Under the pieces are notes generated by a model that worked only from the letters and a program-made list of their open reading frames with translations, did no database searches and was not told where the DNA came from. Shown here in pieces: positions 29,101 through 39,200 of a DNA stretch of 64,000 nt (positions are counted from its first letter, which is position 1; each line of letters starts with the position of its first letter). The DNA is from a bacterium (GTDB taxonomy: Bacteria > Krumholzibacteriota > Krumholzibacteriia > G020349025), in NCBI GenBank assembly GCA_031362565.1, contig JANLSU010000051.1, positions 26,566 through 90,565 of the forward strand, in the 5' to 3' direction. A program made the translations under genes and the position numbers.

Positions 29101-30507
29101 ATTGCGGAGTTGGTGCGTGGGCGGATGGATTCGGTTGCGGCGGTCACTGCACTTGCACTCGCGGGAACGGTTGGCGTATTTGCACCCGAAATCGACGCGG
29201 CGCTACTTCAATTGGAAGCCGACGGCTCCATCTTGCGTGGACACTTCACGCCGGGCCTCGCACCGGAAACGCTCGAGTGGTGCGAGCGCCGGCTTCTCGC
29301 CCGGATTCATCGCGCCACGCTCCAGCGCCTGCGAGCCGAAATCGAACCCGTCGCGGCGAGCGATTTCGTGCGCTTCCTGCTCGCATGGCAACACGCCGGC
29401 GCCGAAGAACGCCTCGAAGGGCCGCAGAGCACCGCCGTCATTCTCGAACAGTTGGAAGGCATCGACGCGCCGGCCGCCGCCTGGGAAACAGAGATTCTGC
29501 CGCTCCGCATCGCCGACTACGAACCGGCATGGCTCGATGCGTCGTGTACTGCCGGCCGGACGACATGGATTCGGCGCGTGCCGCCACGCGCCGCGCGCGC
29601 TGATGGACCGGTGCGTTCGACACCCATCGCGCTGGTGGCGCGTCGCAACGCGGCCTGCTGGGCGGTCGAGCCGGAAGCGCCGGTGGACGAGGCGCACGCT
29701 TCTTCCGAAGCGCAGGCGGTGGAAGCATTCCTTGCGACCCACGGGGCGGCGTTCTTCGACGATCTCGTGGCGGGAACGCGCCTGCTCCGCACCCAGACGG
29801 AACGGGCGCTCGGTGAACTCGTGGCGCTCGGACGCGTGTCGTCGGATTCGTTTGCAGGATTGCGCGCGCTGTTGGTGCCGTCGAACGAGCGTCCATCGCT
29901 GCGGGCGGGCGCCGCGCCGCGGCGCCGGCGGCTGCAGGCTTCCAGTGTCGAAGACGCGGGGCGCTGGACGCTCGTACGGCGCGCCACCGCTCGGGACCCC
30001 GCGTCGCTCGACACCATCGTGCAGACACTGCTCGGCCGTTGGGGCGTCGTGTTTCGGCGCGTCGCCGATCTGGAAGAGGCGTTGCCTCCCTGGCGTGACC
30101 TCTTGCGCGTTTTGCGGCGCCTCGAGGCCCGCGGCGACGTGCGCGGCGGCCGATTCGTGGCCGGGTTCACCGGCGAACAATTCGCCCTGCCCGATGCAGT
30201 CGGCCGGTTGCGCGACATTCGGCGCACACCGGCGCCGGGTGCACTCGTGACCGTCAGTGCATCCGATCCGCTCAACGTCACGGGTGTGCTGATCCCCGGC
30301 GCCCGCGTCCCCGCGCTCACCGGCAACCGCGTGCTCTTCCGCGACGGCGTGCCGATCGCGGTACGTGAAGGGGGTGAGATCCGCATTCTCGCGCCGCTCG
30401 AGCCCGCCGACGAATGGCGCGTTCGCCAGGCGCTCGTGCGCCGGCCAGGCGCGCGGACTCGTTCGTCTGGATCGCCGTCTTCGCTTGCCGGCATCCGCAT
30501 CGCCTGA
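26131..30507 (+). CDS. lhr: Lhr-family SF2 DEAD/DEAH-box helicase with long C-terminal extension
   Basis: [69 protein letters not shown]-term LEARG.VRGGRFV.GF.GEQFALP; TATACT 6 nt before ATG. Confidence 0.9.
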   Translation: MVLQGFHPAVRAWFEGRFGEPSEAQTGAWPAIRAGQHALVAAPTGSGKTLAAFLSALDDLVRLGLQSGLSDETHVVYVSPLKALSNDIERNLREPLAGIRRELAARGLPDVDIRTFVRTGDTPAREREAMARRPPHIVVTTPESLYILLTSRRGRDMLRTTRTVIVDEIHALVGSKRGSHLALSLERLEALAGRRLTRIGLSATQRPIETVARFLVGARGDACTILDTGHVRRLDVGLEMPQSPLDAVMAGEVWTEVYDRIAALAREHRTTLVFVNTRRLAERVARHLSERLGENQVAAHHGSLSRDQRLTAEQRLKSGELQALVATASLELGIDIGDVDLVCQIGATRGIATFLQRVGRSGHGLGRVPKGRLFPLSRDELVECVALLDAVRRGELDAVSVPAAPLDILAQQLVACAACDDWAEDDLFTLVRGAFPYRDLARADFDAVLRMLSDGFVTARGRRAAHVHRDAVHHRVRGRRGARIVAITGGGAIPDNADYQVVLEPAGTVVGTLHEDFAIESMAGDIFQLGNMSWRILRVENGRVRVEDARGESPTVPFWLGEAPSRTPELSAAVSRLRSEVEARLPPAALPREHGANPEPSALNGLDTVIQWLVQERGICEPAAQQVVEYLAAAHAALGVLPTQETVVLERFFDEAGGMQLVLHAPFGSRLNRAWGLALRKRFCRKFNFELQAAATEDAIILSLGPTHSFPIADVFGYLSARGVRDVLEQALLAAPMFATRWRWNATRSLAVPRFRNGRKVPANLLRMQTDDLLTLVFPDQVACAENLAGAREIPDHPLVAQTVRDCLEEAMDLERLEALLEGIAAGNVRCVARDTTEPSPLAQEILNSRPYTFLDDAPLEERRTRAVLARRWLDPASAADLGALDAAAIERVRDEAWPDAVNDDELHDALVLLGFLTETEGLAGENWRAYFETLVKAGRATRVVVAPDVVWWVAAERLPVVRAIFPVAELRPELEVPAELAREWERGAAIAELVRGRMDSVAAVTALALAGTVGVFAPEIDAALLQLEADGSILRGHFTPGLAPETLEWCERRLLARIHRATLQRLRAEIEPVAASDFVRFLLAWQHAGAEERLEGPQSTAVILEQLEGIDAPAAAWETEILPLRIADYEPAWLDASCTAGRTTWIRRVPPRAARADGPVRSTPIALVARRNAACWAVEPEAPVDEAHASSEAQAVEAFLATHGAAFFDDLVAGTRLLRTQTERALGELVALGRVSSDSFAGLRALLVPSNERPSLRAGAAPRRRRLQASSVEDAGRWTLVRRATARDPASLDTIVQTLLGRWGVVFRRVADLEEALPPWRDLLRVLRRLEARGDVRGGRFVAGFTGEQFALPDAVGRLRDIRRTPAPGALVTVSASDPLNVTGVLIPGARVPALTGNRVLFRDGVPIAVREGGEIRILAPLEPADEWRVRQALVRRPGARTRSSGSPSSLAGIRIA

Positions 30508-30535
30508 CGGGATGCGGGGCGCGCGCCGCGGACCG

Positions 30536-30551
30536 TGGAGCAGTTCTTGCT
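30536..30551 (+). promoter_or_regulatory. Candidate sigma54 promoter for SBP-HK-RR operon
   Basis: TGGAGCAGTTCTTGCT (GG-N10-GC with TTGCT). Confidence 0.4.
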
Positions 30552-30664
30552 CTCGACCCCCAACGACCCTCGCCGTATTGCACTGCGCCTGTGGCATTCA
30601 CAAGGGTCAGCGAGCTCGCCCACTGGGCTCACGTTGGGGTTTGCGAACGCACGGAGCGTTGCTC

Positions 30665-32347
30665 ATGCGCGGCCGCGTCCGGCACTTCGTTGCGATGTGC
30701 GCGCTTGCAGCCTCCGTGCGCTGCAGCCAGCAGAGCGCTTCGTCGGTTCCCGACAAGGCCACACGTCCGCGTGACGGCGGCACGTTGCATCTGGCCCAGG
30801 ATGCTCCCGACCGTCTCGATCCCGCCTGTGTCGACGACGCCTACGAAGCCTCACTGGTGAACCAGATTTTCGACGGCCTGCTGGCGTTCGACACCCACCT
30901 CAACACGGTGCCGGGAATTGCGTCCAGCTGGGTCATCTCTCCGGACGGCACCGTATACACCTTCGAATTGCGCGCCGGCGTTCCATTTCACGACGGCAGT
31001 GAAGTGACCGCCGATGACGTGGTGTTTTCGCTGCGCCGGGTGTTCGATTTGCCGGAACACGAAACGGGGCTCGCTCGGGCCTACCTAGGACACATTCTTG
31101 GATCACGCGAGTACGCCGAGCATCGCACCAAACAACTTCGCGGCCTCGAGGCGCTGTCGCCGCACCAAGTGCGGATCACACTCGAACATCCCTACGCGCC
31201 CTTCCTGGCCGTATTGGCTTCGGAAATGGCGCGCATTGTTCCCAAACATGTCGTCGAGCAGGTCGGCAATGAAGCGTTCGCACGCCAGCCGGTCGGGAGC
31301 GGGCCGTTCCGCCTGGCGCGTTGGGTGCCGAACCAAAGCATCGTGCTAACGGCGTTCCGCGCCCCGAACACCGCGCATGTCTACTTGGACTCGATCGTGA
31401 TCGACCTGCCGCAAGGCAACGTGCGCGAGTATGCGCCGCGGCAGTTCATGGCCGGACATTTGAGTGCGGTGGTCGTCCCAGACGGGCGGTTGTTCGATTT
31501 CAAAGGCCATCCGAATTGGCATGTCGTGAGCCGCCAGGAGTTGAGCCTCACCTTCTTGGCGCTCAATCCGCACCAACCACCGTTCAACGACATCCGGGTG
31601 CGGCGCGCCTTCGCGCTGGCGCTCGACCGCAAAGCGATCCTCGGCCGCGAAACGGGGGCCCGCATTCCCCCGAACGGCATCCTGCCACCGGGCATCCCCG
31701 GCTACAGCCCCGAGTCGAAACTCCTGCCGCACGATGCTGTCACCGCCAAACAGTTGCTGGCAGCCGCGGGACATCCCGGCGGACGCGGCTTGTCGCCGGT
31801 GCGGCTGACGCTTGCGATGACCTCGGCCCAGGGGCGGGCGCTGCTCGAACAGGTGCGGGCCCAGCTCGCGGCGGTTGGCTTTCGGGTCCAACTTCAGGAA
31901 CTCCCGTGGCGCGAATTCAGTCCGCTCTTGAACGACCATTCGTTGCAGTGCTTGAACGTCACTTGGACGGCGGACATTCCGGATCCGGACTCGTTCCTGT
32001 ATCCGATGTGCGCCAGCGACGGGTCGGGCAATTTCGTCGGCTATTCGAACCCCGCGGTCGACGCGCTGTTGCTCCGCGGACGCTCGACTCGCAGCTCGAT
32101 CGAGCGGCTGGAGATCTACCGCGATGCCGAGCGGCGCATTCTCCAGGATGCGACGTTGATTCCCCTCTTTCACCCCTTGGGTGCGATCGCCGTTCAGGAG
32201 TATGTGCACGACTTCACGTTTTCGGCGATGGGGTGGGCGAGCATGCCGCTGGAACACGTGTGGCTCAGCAATGGCGCCGTCGGCGTGGAACCGATGGCCT
32301 CCGGCGTGCGCATCACACCCGCCACACTCGAAGGGCGAATCCAGTGA
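30665..32347 (+). CDS. ABC-type substrate-binding protein, family 5 (peptide/nickel), probable lipoprotein
   Basis: LDPA, QIFDGLL, PGIASSW.ISPDG.VYTFELR.GV.FHDG..VTADDV.FSL.R, PVGSGPF, PF.D.RVRRA. Confidence 0.88.
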   Translation: MRGRVRHFVAMCALAASVRCSQQSASSVPDKATRPRDGGTLHLAQDAPDRLDPACVDDAYEASLVNQIFDGLLAFDTHLNTVPGIASSWVISPDGTVYTFELRAGVPFHDGSEVTADDVVFSLRRVFDLPEHETGLARAYLGHILGSREYAEHRTKQLRGLEALSPHQVRITLEHPYAPFLAVLASEMARIVPKHVVEQVGNEAFARQPVGSGPFRLARWVPNQSIVLTAFRAPNTAHVYLDSIVIDLPQGNVREYAPRQFMAGHLSAVVVPDGRLFDFKGHPNWHVVSRQELSLTFLALNPHQPPFNDIRVRRAFALALDRKAILGRETGARIPPNGILPPGIPGYSPESKLLPHDAVTAKQLLAAAGHPGGRGLSPVRLTLAMTSAQGRALLEQVRAQLAAVGFRVQLQELPWREFSPLLNDHSLQCLNVTWTADIPDPDSFLYPMCASDGSGNFVGYSNPAVDALLLRGRSTRSSIERLEIYRDAERRILQDATLIPLFHPLGAIAVQEYVHDFTFSAMGWASMPLEHVWLSNGAVGVEPMASGVRITPATLEGRIQ

Positions 32348-34599
32348 ACGCCCTGGCTGCCGCAATCCTCCGCCACCGCAAACCCGGCCTGCAGGGCCGG
32401 TTCATGTTGTGGTTCGGACTCATCGTCATCACACTCATGACGGCTGTGGTCTTTGTCGTCGAGCGCCGCATGTCAGAGACACTGATGGAACAGGCGGAAA
32501 TGCGTGCCACCGCCATCGCGCGTTCAATCGCCGCTACCGTGAAGAGTTCGCTGCTGAACTACGACTATGTGGCGTTGCAACAGGCAGCTGAAACGGCGGC
32601 CCAAGACGAGAACCTGCTTTATGTCGTCATCCTGACCAAGGAAAACATCGTCGCCGGCTACAGCGGCCGCGCCGAATTGCAGGGCCAAGTTTCGCGGCCA
32701 CATCCAGGCCGGCGCGACTTGCCGGCCGAGGCATTGCAGATCCACCGCCTGAGCGCCGCCGCCGACCCGGCGATTACGGTCGAACACCTCGACATCGCCA
32801 TTCCCGTCATGGTGGAAGGCGCGCCGGTCCGGTGGGGCACGGTGCGCGTCGGCATGTCCCTCGTTCCATTGCGCACCGCCGTCGGCCGGATGCAGGTGCT
32901 GCTGCTGGTGCTGGGCCTCGGAGCCATTCTCATTACACTCGTCTCGGCGCGCCTCTTGTCGCGCCAGATCATCCGGCCCATTGCCGGCCTCGCCGAGGCC
33001 ACCGGTGTCATCGCCGCCGGCAATCTGGATCACAACGTCAGCGAGAACCTCGTCGGTGAACTCGGCGACCTGGCACGCAGTTTCAACCAGATGACCAGCG
33101 AACTGCGCCGGAGCCGCGACTCCGTCCACAGCCAGAACTTGCATCTCGAGAACATGGTGCAGCTGCGCACGGCAGCGCTGGCACAGAAGGCCGAGGAGTT
33201 GGAACGCGCCAATGCCGAGCTGACGGAACTCGACCGTTTGAAGAGCGATTTCCTGAGCAATGTGAGCCATGAACTCCGCACCCCGTTGACCGCGATTCGC
33301 AGCTTCACCGAGATCCTCCTGGATCCGGAGCCGAACCTCGCGGATTCGGAGCGGCAGGAGTTTCTGCAAATTGTCTCGGCGCAATCCGAGCGTCTGACGC
33401 GGCTCATCAGCGATCTCCTCGATTTGTCGAAGATCGAAGCCGGCAAGTTCGAATGCCGCCCGGTAGCGATCGAAGCCCGCCGCCTGGTGGACACCTGCGT
33501 GCACTCACTCCGGACGCTTGCCGCGAACAAGAACGTTCAGTTGGTGACCGACATCGGCAGCCTGCCGCCGGTCTTCGCGGATGTCGACCGCATGAGCCAG
33601 GTCCTCACGAACCTCATCGACAACGCGATCAAATTTACCGCCGCCAAAGGCACCGTGCGGGTCGAGGCACTGCGCAGCCCGACGCGCCGCTGCCTCATTG
33701 GCGTCGAGCGCGAGGGTGCCTTGCCGCGCGGCGCGTTTCACGGCATGGAAAGCCGGGCGTCCGCCTATGGCGAGTTCGTCGTCATCTCGGTGCGCGATAC
33801 CGGTGTCGGCATTTCGGCAGCCGACGAACTGCGCGTCTTCGACAAGTTCGGCCAAGTAGGCAACGTTCTCACGGACAAACCGCAGGGCACCGGCTTGGGG
33901 TTGCCGATTTCCGGCAGCATCGCCGTACAGCATGGGGGTGCACTCTGGGTGGAGAGCACACCCGGGGTCGGCTCGGTGTTTTCGGTGTCGATTCCGATTG
34001 CCCCCACCGGAGCTCGCACCAAGCTGAACGGCGGCGGGCTTGCGGACTCGGGGCACGAAAATGGCGTCGCTTCGGCGCTACCGAATTCGGCCGCGAACGG
34101 CGGTTCGGCGTCCGAGGAAGGCTCGAGGCCAGGCAGTCGTGCGGCGGACTCGTTCGCCGCCCGCACCTCGGCATCATCGGCAGCGGCGTTGGATGATCCC
34201 GCGGCACCTTCCGAGGCTCTGGTCGGCGCACTGCAGCGCAGCACGGTCGGCAAGCGCATTCTGGTCGTCGACGACGAGCCGAGCATCGTCTCCGCCCTCA
34301 CCGAAGTCTTGCAGCCGGCCGGCTACGTCGCGATTGGCTGCTCGACCGGCAGCCAAGCGGTGGCCCGGGCGCGTGACTTGCGGCCGGATGCCATCGTGCT
34401 CGACATCATGATGCCGGAAATCAACGGCTTCGATGTGTTGCGCCTGCTCAAGAGTGAGCCCTCGACGGCGCACATTCCGGTCATCGTGTTGTCCGTGCTC
34501 GACGACCGCGAAAAAGCCATCAGCCTGGGCGCGGCGGAATACGTCCGCAAGCCCTTCGACAAGCAAGTGTTGCTGGACAACGTCCGAATGTTCGTCTGA
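32344..34599 (+). CDS. Hybrid sensor histidine kinase (TM-periplasmic-TM-HAMP-HisKA-HATPase-REC)
   Basis: GTGA overlap with SBP; ELGDLARSFNQM, FLSNVSHELRTPLT, NLIDNAIKFT, DTGVGI, GTGLGL, ILVVDDE...LDIMMPEINGF. Confidence 0.92.
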   Translation: MNALAAAILRHRKPGLQGRFMLWFGLIVITLMTAVVFVVERRMSETLMEQAEMRATAIARSIAATVKSSLLNYDYVALQQAAETAAQDENLLYVVILTKENIVAGYSGRAELQGQVSRPHPGRRDLPAEALQIHRLSAAADPAITVEHLDIAIPVMVEGAPVRWGTVRVGMSLVPLRTAVGRMQVLLLVLGLGAILITLVSARLLSRQIIRPIAGLAEATGVIAAGNLDHNVSENLVGELGDLARSFNQMTSELRRSRDSVHSQNLHLENMVQLRTAALAQKAEELERANAELTELDRLKSDFLSNVSHELRTPLTAIRSFTEILLDPEPNLADSERQEFLQIVSAQSERLTRLISDLLDLSKIEAGKFECRPVAIEARRLVDTCVHSLRTLAANKNVQLVTDIGSLPPVFADVDRMSQVLTNLIDNAIKFTAAKGTVRVEALRSPTRRCLIGVEREGALPRGAFHGMESRASAYGEFVVISVRDTGVGISAADELRVFDKFGQVGNVLTDKPQGTGLGLPISGSIAVQHGGALWVESTPGVGSVFSVSIPIAPTGARTKLNGGGLADSGHENGVASALPNSAANGGSASEEGSRPGSRAADSFAARTSASSAAALDDPAAPSEALVGALQRSTVGKRILVVDDEPSIVSALTEVLQPAGYVAIGCSTGSQAVARARDLRPDAIVLDIMMPEINGFDVLRLLKSEPSTAHIPVIVLSVLDDREKAISLGAAEYVRKPFDKQVLLDNVRMFV

Positions 34600-34626
34600 C
34601 AGCGCTCGAGCGGAAGGATTTCCAAG

Positions 34627-35025
<399 letters not shown>

Positions 35026-35049
35026 ACCTTCGGCGCCGGCGCCGCACCA

Positions 35050-35958
35050 TCAACGGTAGAGGCTCTTGACGCCGCCCCACGCGTTGTTTTCGATGCTGAT
35101 CGTCGGCACCCACACGTCGGTAATCGGCGCCGCGGTCACCGCGTTCGCGAACGGCGCCAGGCCGAGCGCGTCGCAAATCGTCCGCACCAAGTTGTAGTGA
35201 TTGACGGTACCCGGCGACACGAAATTTGGAATCACCATTGGACCCGCGAACACCGTCAATATGCGGTTGAACGACGCACTGTCGTCTTCGTCCCACGTCA
35301 AGATCACACAGCCATTCGGCCCGGCTGCGGCGACCATCGCCGGAATGTTGTTGGACAGCCACGTATCACCCACCGCCAGCGCGCAGTCGTGCGTGTTGTT
35401 GCAATTGTTCGGGATCACGAACACCAAGTTCGGCAGCGTGTTGTTGGCGATGTCCAGCGCCAAGTCGGAGTACGGCCGTTCGTTCAGATGATTCAAGTTG
35501 TTGAAGTTCGTCCACGGGTCATGCTTGCGCGTGTAGAGCATGCCATCGTTGGTGCAAAGAACCGAACCGGCGGCCGACAAATTCTCGCTGTACGCGCGCC
35601 AGGTGAGGCCGGCGGCTTCGCAAGCGTGCCCGAGGTTCTCGGCGCTGAAGGGCGAGCCGAATGCCGGACATTGGTTGCTGTTGACTCCGAGAAGACTGCC
35701 TGCCCACAGGGCGATGTAGTTCGGTTGCGACGGGTGAGTGATGGCGAAAGAGTTGGAGCAATGGCTGTTGGCGGCGATGAGACTGGCGGTGTACGGCAGA
35801 ACCCGCACTTGGTTGTAGCTCTTGTTTTCCATGACCACGACGATGACGTGATCGAGATGCGGCACCGAGGCCGCCTGGGCTCGGCCCGCGGACAACAACG
35901 CCGCAAGAGCCACGATGAGCGCGGCGCCTTTCGACTGGGTGGGCGACACGACGTTCAC
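35050..35958 (-). CDS. Secreted phosphoesterase / acid phosphatase family protein with C-terminal SIENNAWGGVKSLYR tail
   Basis: GAGGAG RBS; DHVIVVVMENKSY, THPSQPNYIAL, RKHDPW, THDC....GD.WL, LTWDEDD, NHYNLVRTI. Confidence 0.85.
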   Translation of the reverse strand: MNVVSPTQSKGAALIVALAALLSAGRAQAASVPHLDHVIVVVMENKSYNQVRVLPYTASLIAANSHCSNSFAITHPSQPNYIALWAGSLLGVNSNQCPAFGSPFSAENLGHACEAAGLTWRAYSENLSAAGSVLCTNDGMLYTRKHDPWTNFNNLNHLNERPYSDLALDIANNTLPNLVFVIPNNCNNTHDCALAVGDTWLSNNIPAMVAAAGPNGCVILTWDEDDSASFNRILTVFAGPMVIPNFVSPGTVNHYNLVRTICDALGLAPFANAVTAAPITDVWVPTISIENNAWGGVKSLYR

Positions 35959-36268
35959 GCGGTCTCCTCTCGAGATGCAAGCACCGGTGCGGACCTTCTA
36001 GAGTTCGTCTGGCATCTGCCGTCAGGCCCTTGATTCTATCCGACCGGGCGCTGGTTGTCCCTGGTCGCGAAACCTGGAACGGCGGCGTGCCCGGGGGCCC
36101 CGTGGCCCGAGGAACCCCCGTCCAGCTGCCCTTCCGCGTTGTCGATCCACGGGCCAGCGTGCTATTCTGTGCCATTCGAACCGCGTCGCTCCGCCGGGCG
36201 TCCGGGAGTTGCATCCGTTGCTCAGCACCAAGTCCGCCCATTCGCTTCGCCGCCTGCGAAGCAAACCG

Positions 36269-39200
36269 ATGATGGCCGCGATTTTCGCGGCCTTGGTTGT
36301 GTTTTGTGCCCTGCCGGTGGCAGCCGAGACCCTGCGGCATCACTATAGGTTCGATGCCGCGCGCCTCGTCGTGCAATCGGGCGTCGCGGGCGCTTCGGTC
36401 GCGATCCGGCCCGCCGGCCCGGGCATCGAATCGCTGCCCGGCACGCTGCCCGCCACCTGGGATGCGGGCGAGCCCGAACTGCCTTACGAAGTCGTCACGT
36501 TCGTGGTGCCGCGCGGTTCGCGAGTTCTCGAAGTGCGCGCCGAAGCCGGCGCCACGATCACTGTCGCCGAAGGGCTCGAATTCGCGGCGGCGGCGGCCGT
36601 TCTGAGTGAGACCGGCGTGGCGCTGGCCCCCAAGGCCGCGGTGACTGCCGCGCCAAGCAGCCTCTATCCTGCCGTCGCGGCGCAGGCGGCCGGCGGCGGT
36701 GCGTTGCACGGCTACCAGCTCGCTTCGGTGCGTGTGTACCCGGTGCGCTGGGACGCGGCGCAAAAACGCCTGCAGGTGACCACCGACCTCGACATCGAAG
36801 TGACGATCGCGCCGGGCGGCGCGTTGCCGTTGCAGCGCGAGCGGTACCGGCCGGAAATCGAAAACCTGGCGCGCCACACGCTCGAGCACCTCGTGGTGAA
36901 TCCGGCGGCGCTCGACACCTACGACCGGCGGATCGGCGTCCGCGTCGAAAAACAGTCCGCCGGCTTCCGGCCCACCGACGCGCCGAGCCTCGAGGGCAGC
37001 GACGTCGACTACGTCATCATTACGAGCAACGCGCTGGCGCCGGCCTGGCAGGTCCTCGCCGACTGGAAGACCCACCGTGGCGTGCCGACCGTCATTCGCA
37101 CCACGGAATGGATTCAGGCCCACTATCGCCACGGCAGTGATCTCGCGGAGACCGTCCGCAATTTCATCGAAGACGCCTACGCCAAGTGGGGCGTGCGCTA
37201 TGTCCTGCTGGCCGGCGACTCCGACATTATTCCAGCCCGCTACGGCTTCTCCGGCTTCGGCGAACCGAGCGAACAAAAAATTCCGACCGACATGTACTTC
37301 GCCTGTCTGGATGGCAACTGGAATTTCGACGGGGACGCATTGTTCGGCGAAGCCGTGGTCGACTTCGGCGATCCGGGCGACGACACCGACCTCTACGCCG
37401 AGGTCTTCGTCGGCCGCGTGCCGCTCAGCCTGACAACCGACGTCAACACCTTCGTCGCCAAAGTCATGCTGTACGAGAATCCGGTGCTCACCGACTATCA
37501 GCACAAGAATTTGTTCTTGGGCGAAGTGCTGTTCCCGGTCGACTGGACGGGCGGTCCGATCACGCTCGACGGCGGCGCCTTTGCCGAGGACGTCCTATCG
37601 GATGGCGAAGCGTGCATCGACACGACGCGCCTGTACGAGAACTACACGGCGTTCCCCGGTGCCCTGCCGCTCACCAAGTCGGCGGCGATCGCCGCAATGA
37701 ATGCCGGACCGGGATTCGTCAACCATCTGGGGCACGGCTTCCGCTACAACATGTCATGCGGCGACGCGAGTTTCGTGAACGACGACGCGTTCGCGCTCAC
37801 CAACGGTAACCGCCGGTTCATTCTGTATATGGTCAATTGCACCGCGGCGGCGTTCGACTTCCCATGTTTAGCCGAGGCCTTCTTGAAGGCCCAGGGCGGC
37901 GCGGTCGCGGTGTTCGGTGCCACGCGCTCGGCATTCGCGATTCCCTCGCGCAATTACAACCAGGAATTTTTCCGCGCCGTACACCAGAACGGCTTCGCGC
38001 ATCTGGGCGAGGCCTTCGTGCAGAGCCGCCTCGCTTACACGCCCAATGCCCTGTTCGACACGTCGGATCATTACACGCATTTCCTCTACAACTATCTCGG
38101 CGACCCCGAGATGGTCATGCACACGTGCGCGGTCGCGACCACGACCGTCGCCGCACCGGACACGATCCCCACCGGACCCACGCCAGTCACGGTGCACGTC
38201 GAGACCGGCGGCGTGCCGCGCGCCGGCGCCTTGGTGTGCTTGTCCAAAGGAGTGAACGGCGTCGAGGCCTACGAATCAGGGCTCACGAACGCCGCGGGTG
38301 ACGCCGTGATCTCGTTCCGCGCCGAGAGCGCCGGTCTCGTGCAGGTGGCGGTCAGCGGCCAGAGCATGACGACGATCGAGCGCACGATCGCGGTGACGGC
38401 GGGCAGCGCAGCCTCTGTGCACGTGCGGTCGGTGACGCTCGACGACACCACGACGCCGCCCGCAAACGGCAACAGCGACGGCACGCTCGACGCCGGTGAA
38501 ACCCTGGCGGTCGATGTGACGGCAGTGAACGACGGCCCCCAAGCGGCCGGTGCCGTGACCGGTGTGCTGCGGATCTCGGGTGCCACCGTCAGCGACAGCA
38601 CGTTCAGCCTCGGTGACATTGCGGGGGCGGGCGGCACCGCCACGGCCAACCAGGAACTCGCCTTCACGACCTCGCCCAGCACCCCCGACGGCACCATCTT
38701 GCCGCTCGTGTTCACGCTCACCGACAGCCTGGGCAACACCTGGACCGACAACGTCAACCGTGTCGTACATGCGCCTTCGATGCAGCTCACGCTCCTGCAC
38801 GTCGACGACTTCGCGCCCGGCGGGAACGGTAACGGCGTCATTCAGGCCGGCGAAACGTTCGACCTCCTGGCGTACTTCAAGAACTACGGTACCGGCACCG
38901 CCGATGGTCTCACGGCCGAGCTGTCGACGGCCGATCCGGACCTCGTATTGCTCACCTCCAGCGTCGCCGTAGGCAGCGCGGCGCCGAGCCAGCAAGTGAC
39001 GGGCGCGACGCACTTCCGGCTCACCGAGAACGTGATCGACGAGAATCCGCTGACCTTGACGCTCACCGATAGCCACGGCCGCGTTGCGACTTGGCCCATC
39101 ACGCTGCGCGGCCCCGCCAAACCGGCGAAGCCGGTGCTGTCGACCAAGGATTTCGCGAACACGGTGACGATGACATGGACGCCGTCCACGACACCGGATC

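Noticed and set aside
26131..30507. Lhr helicase as part of an anti-phage defence system
   Set aside because: No nuclease, methylase or other defence partners adjacent; looks like the ordinary repair-type Lhr
35959..36268. Riboswitch in the divergent phosphoesterase/C25 intergenic region
   Set aside because: No recognisable aptamer consensus; only a plausible sigma70-like TTGTCG-18-TATTCT and short GC hairpins
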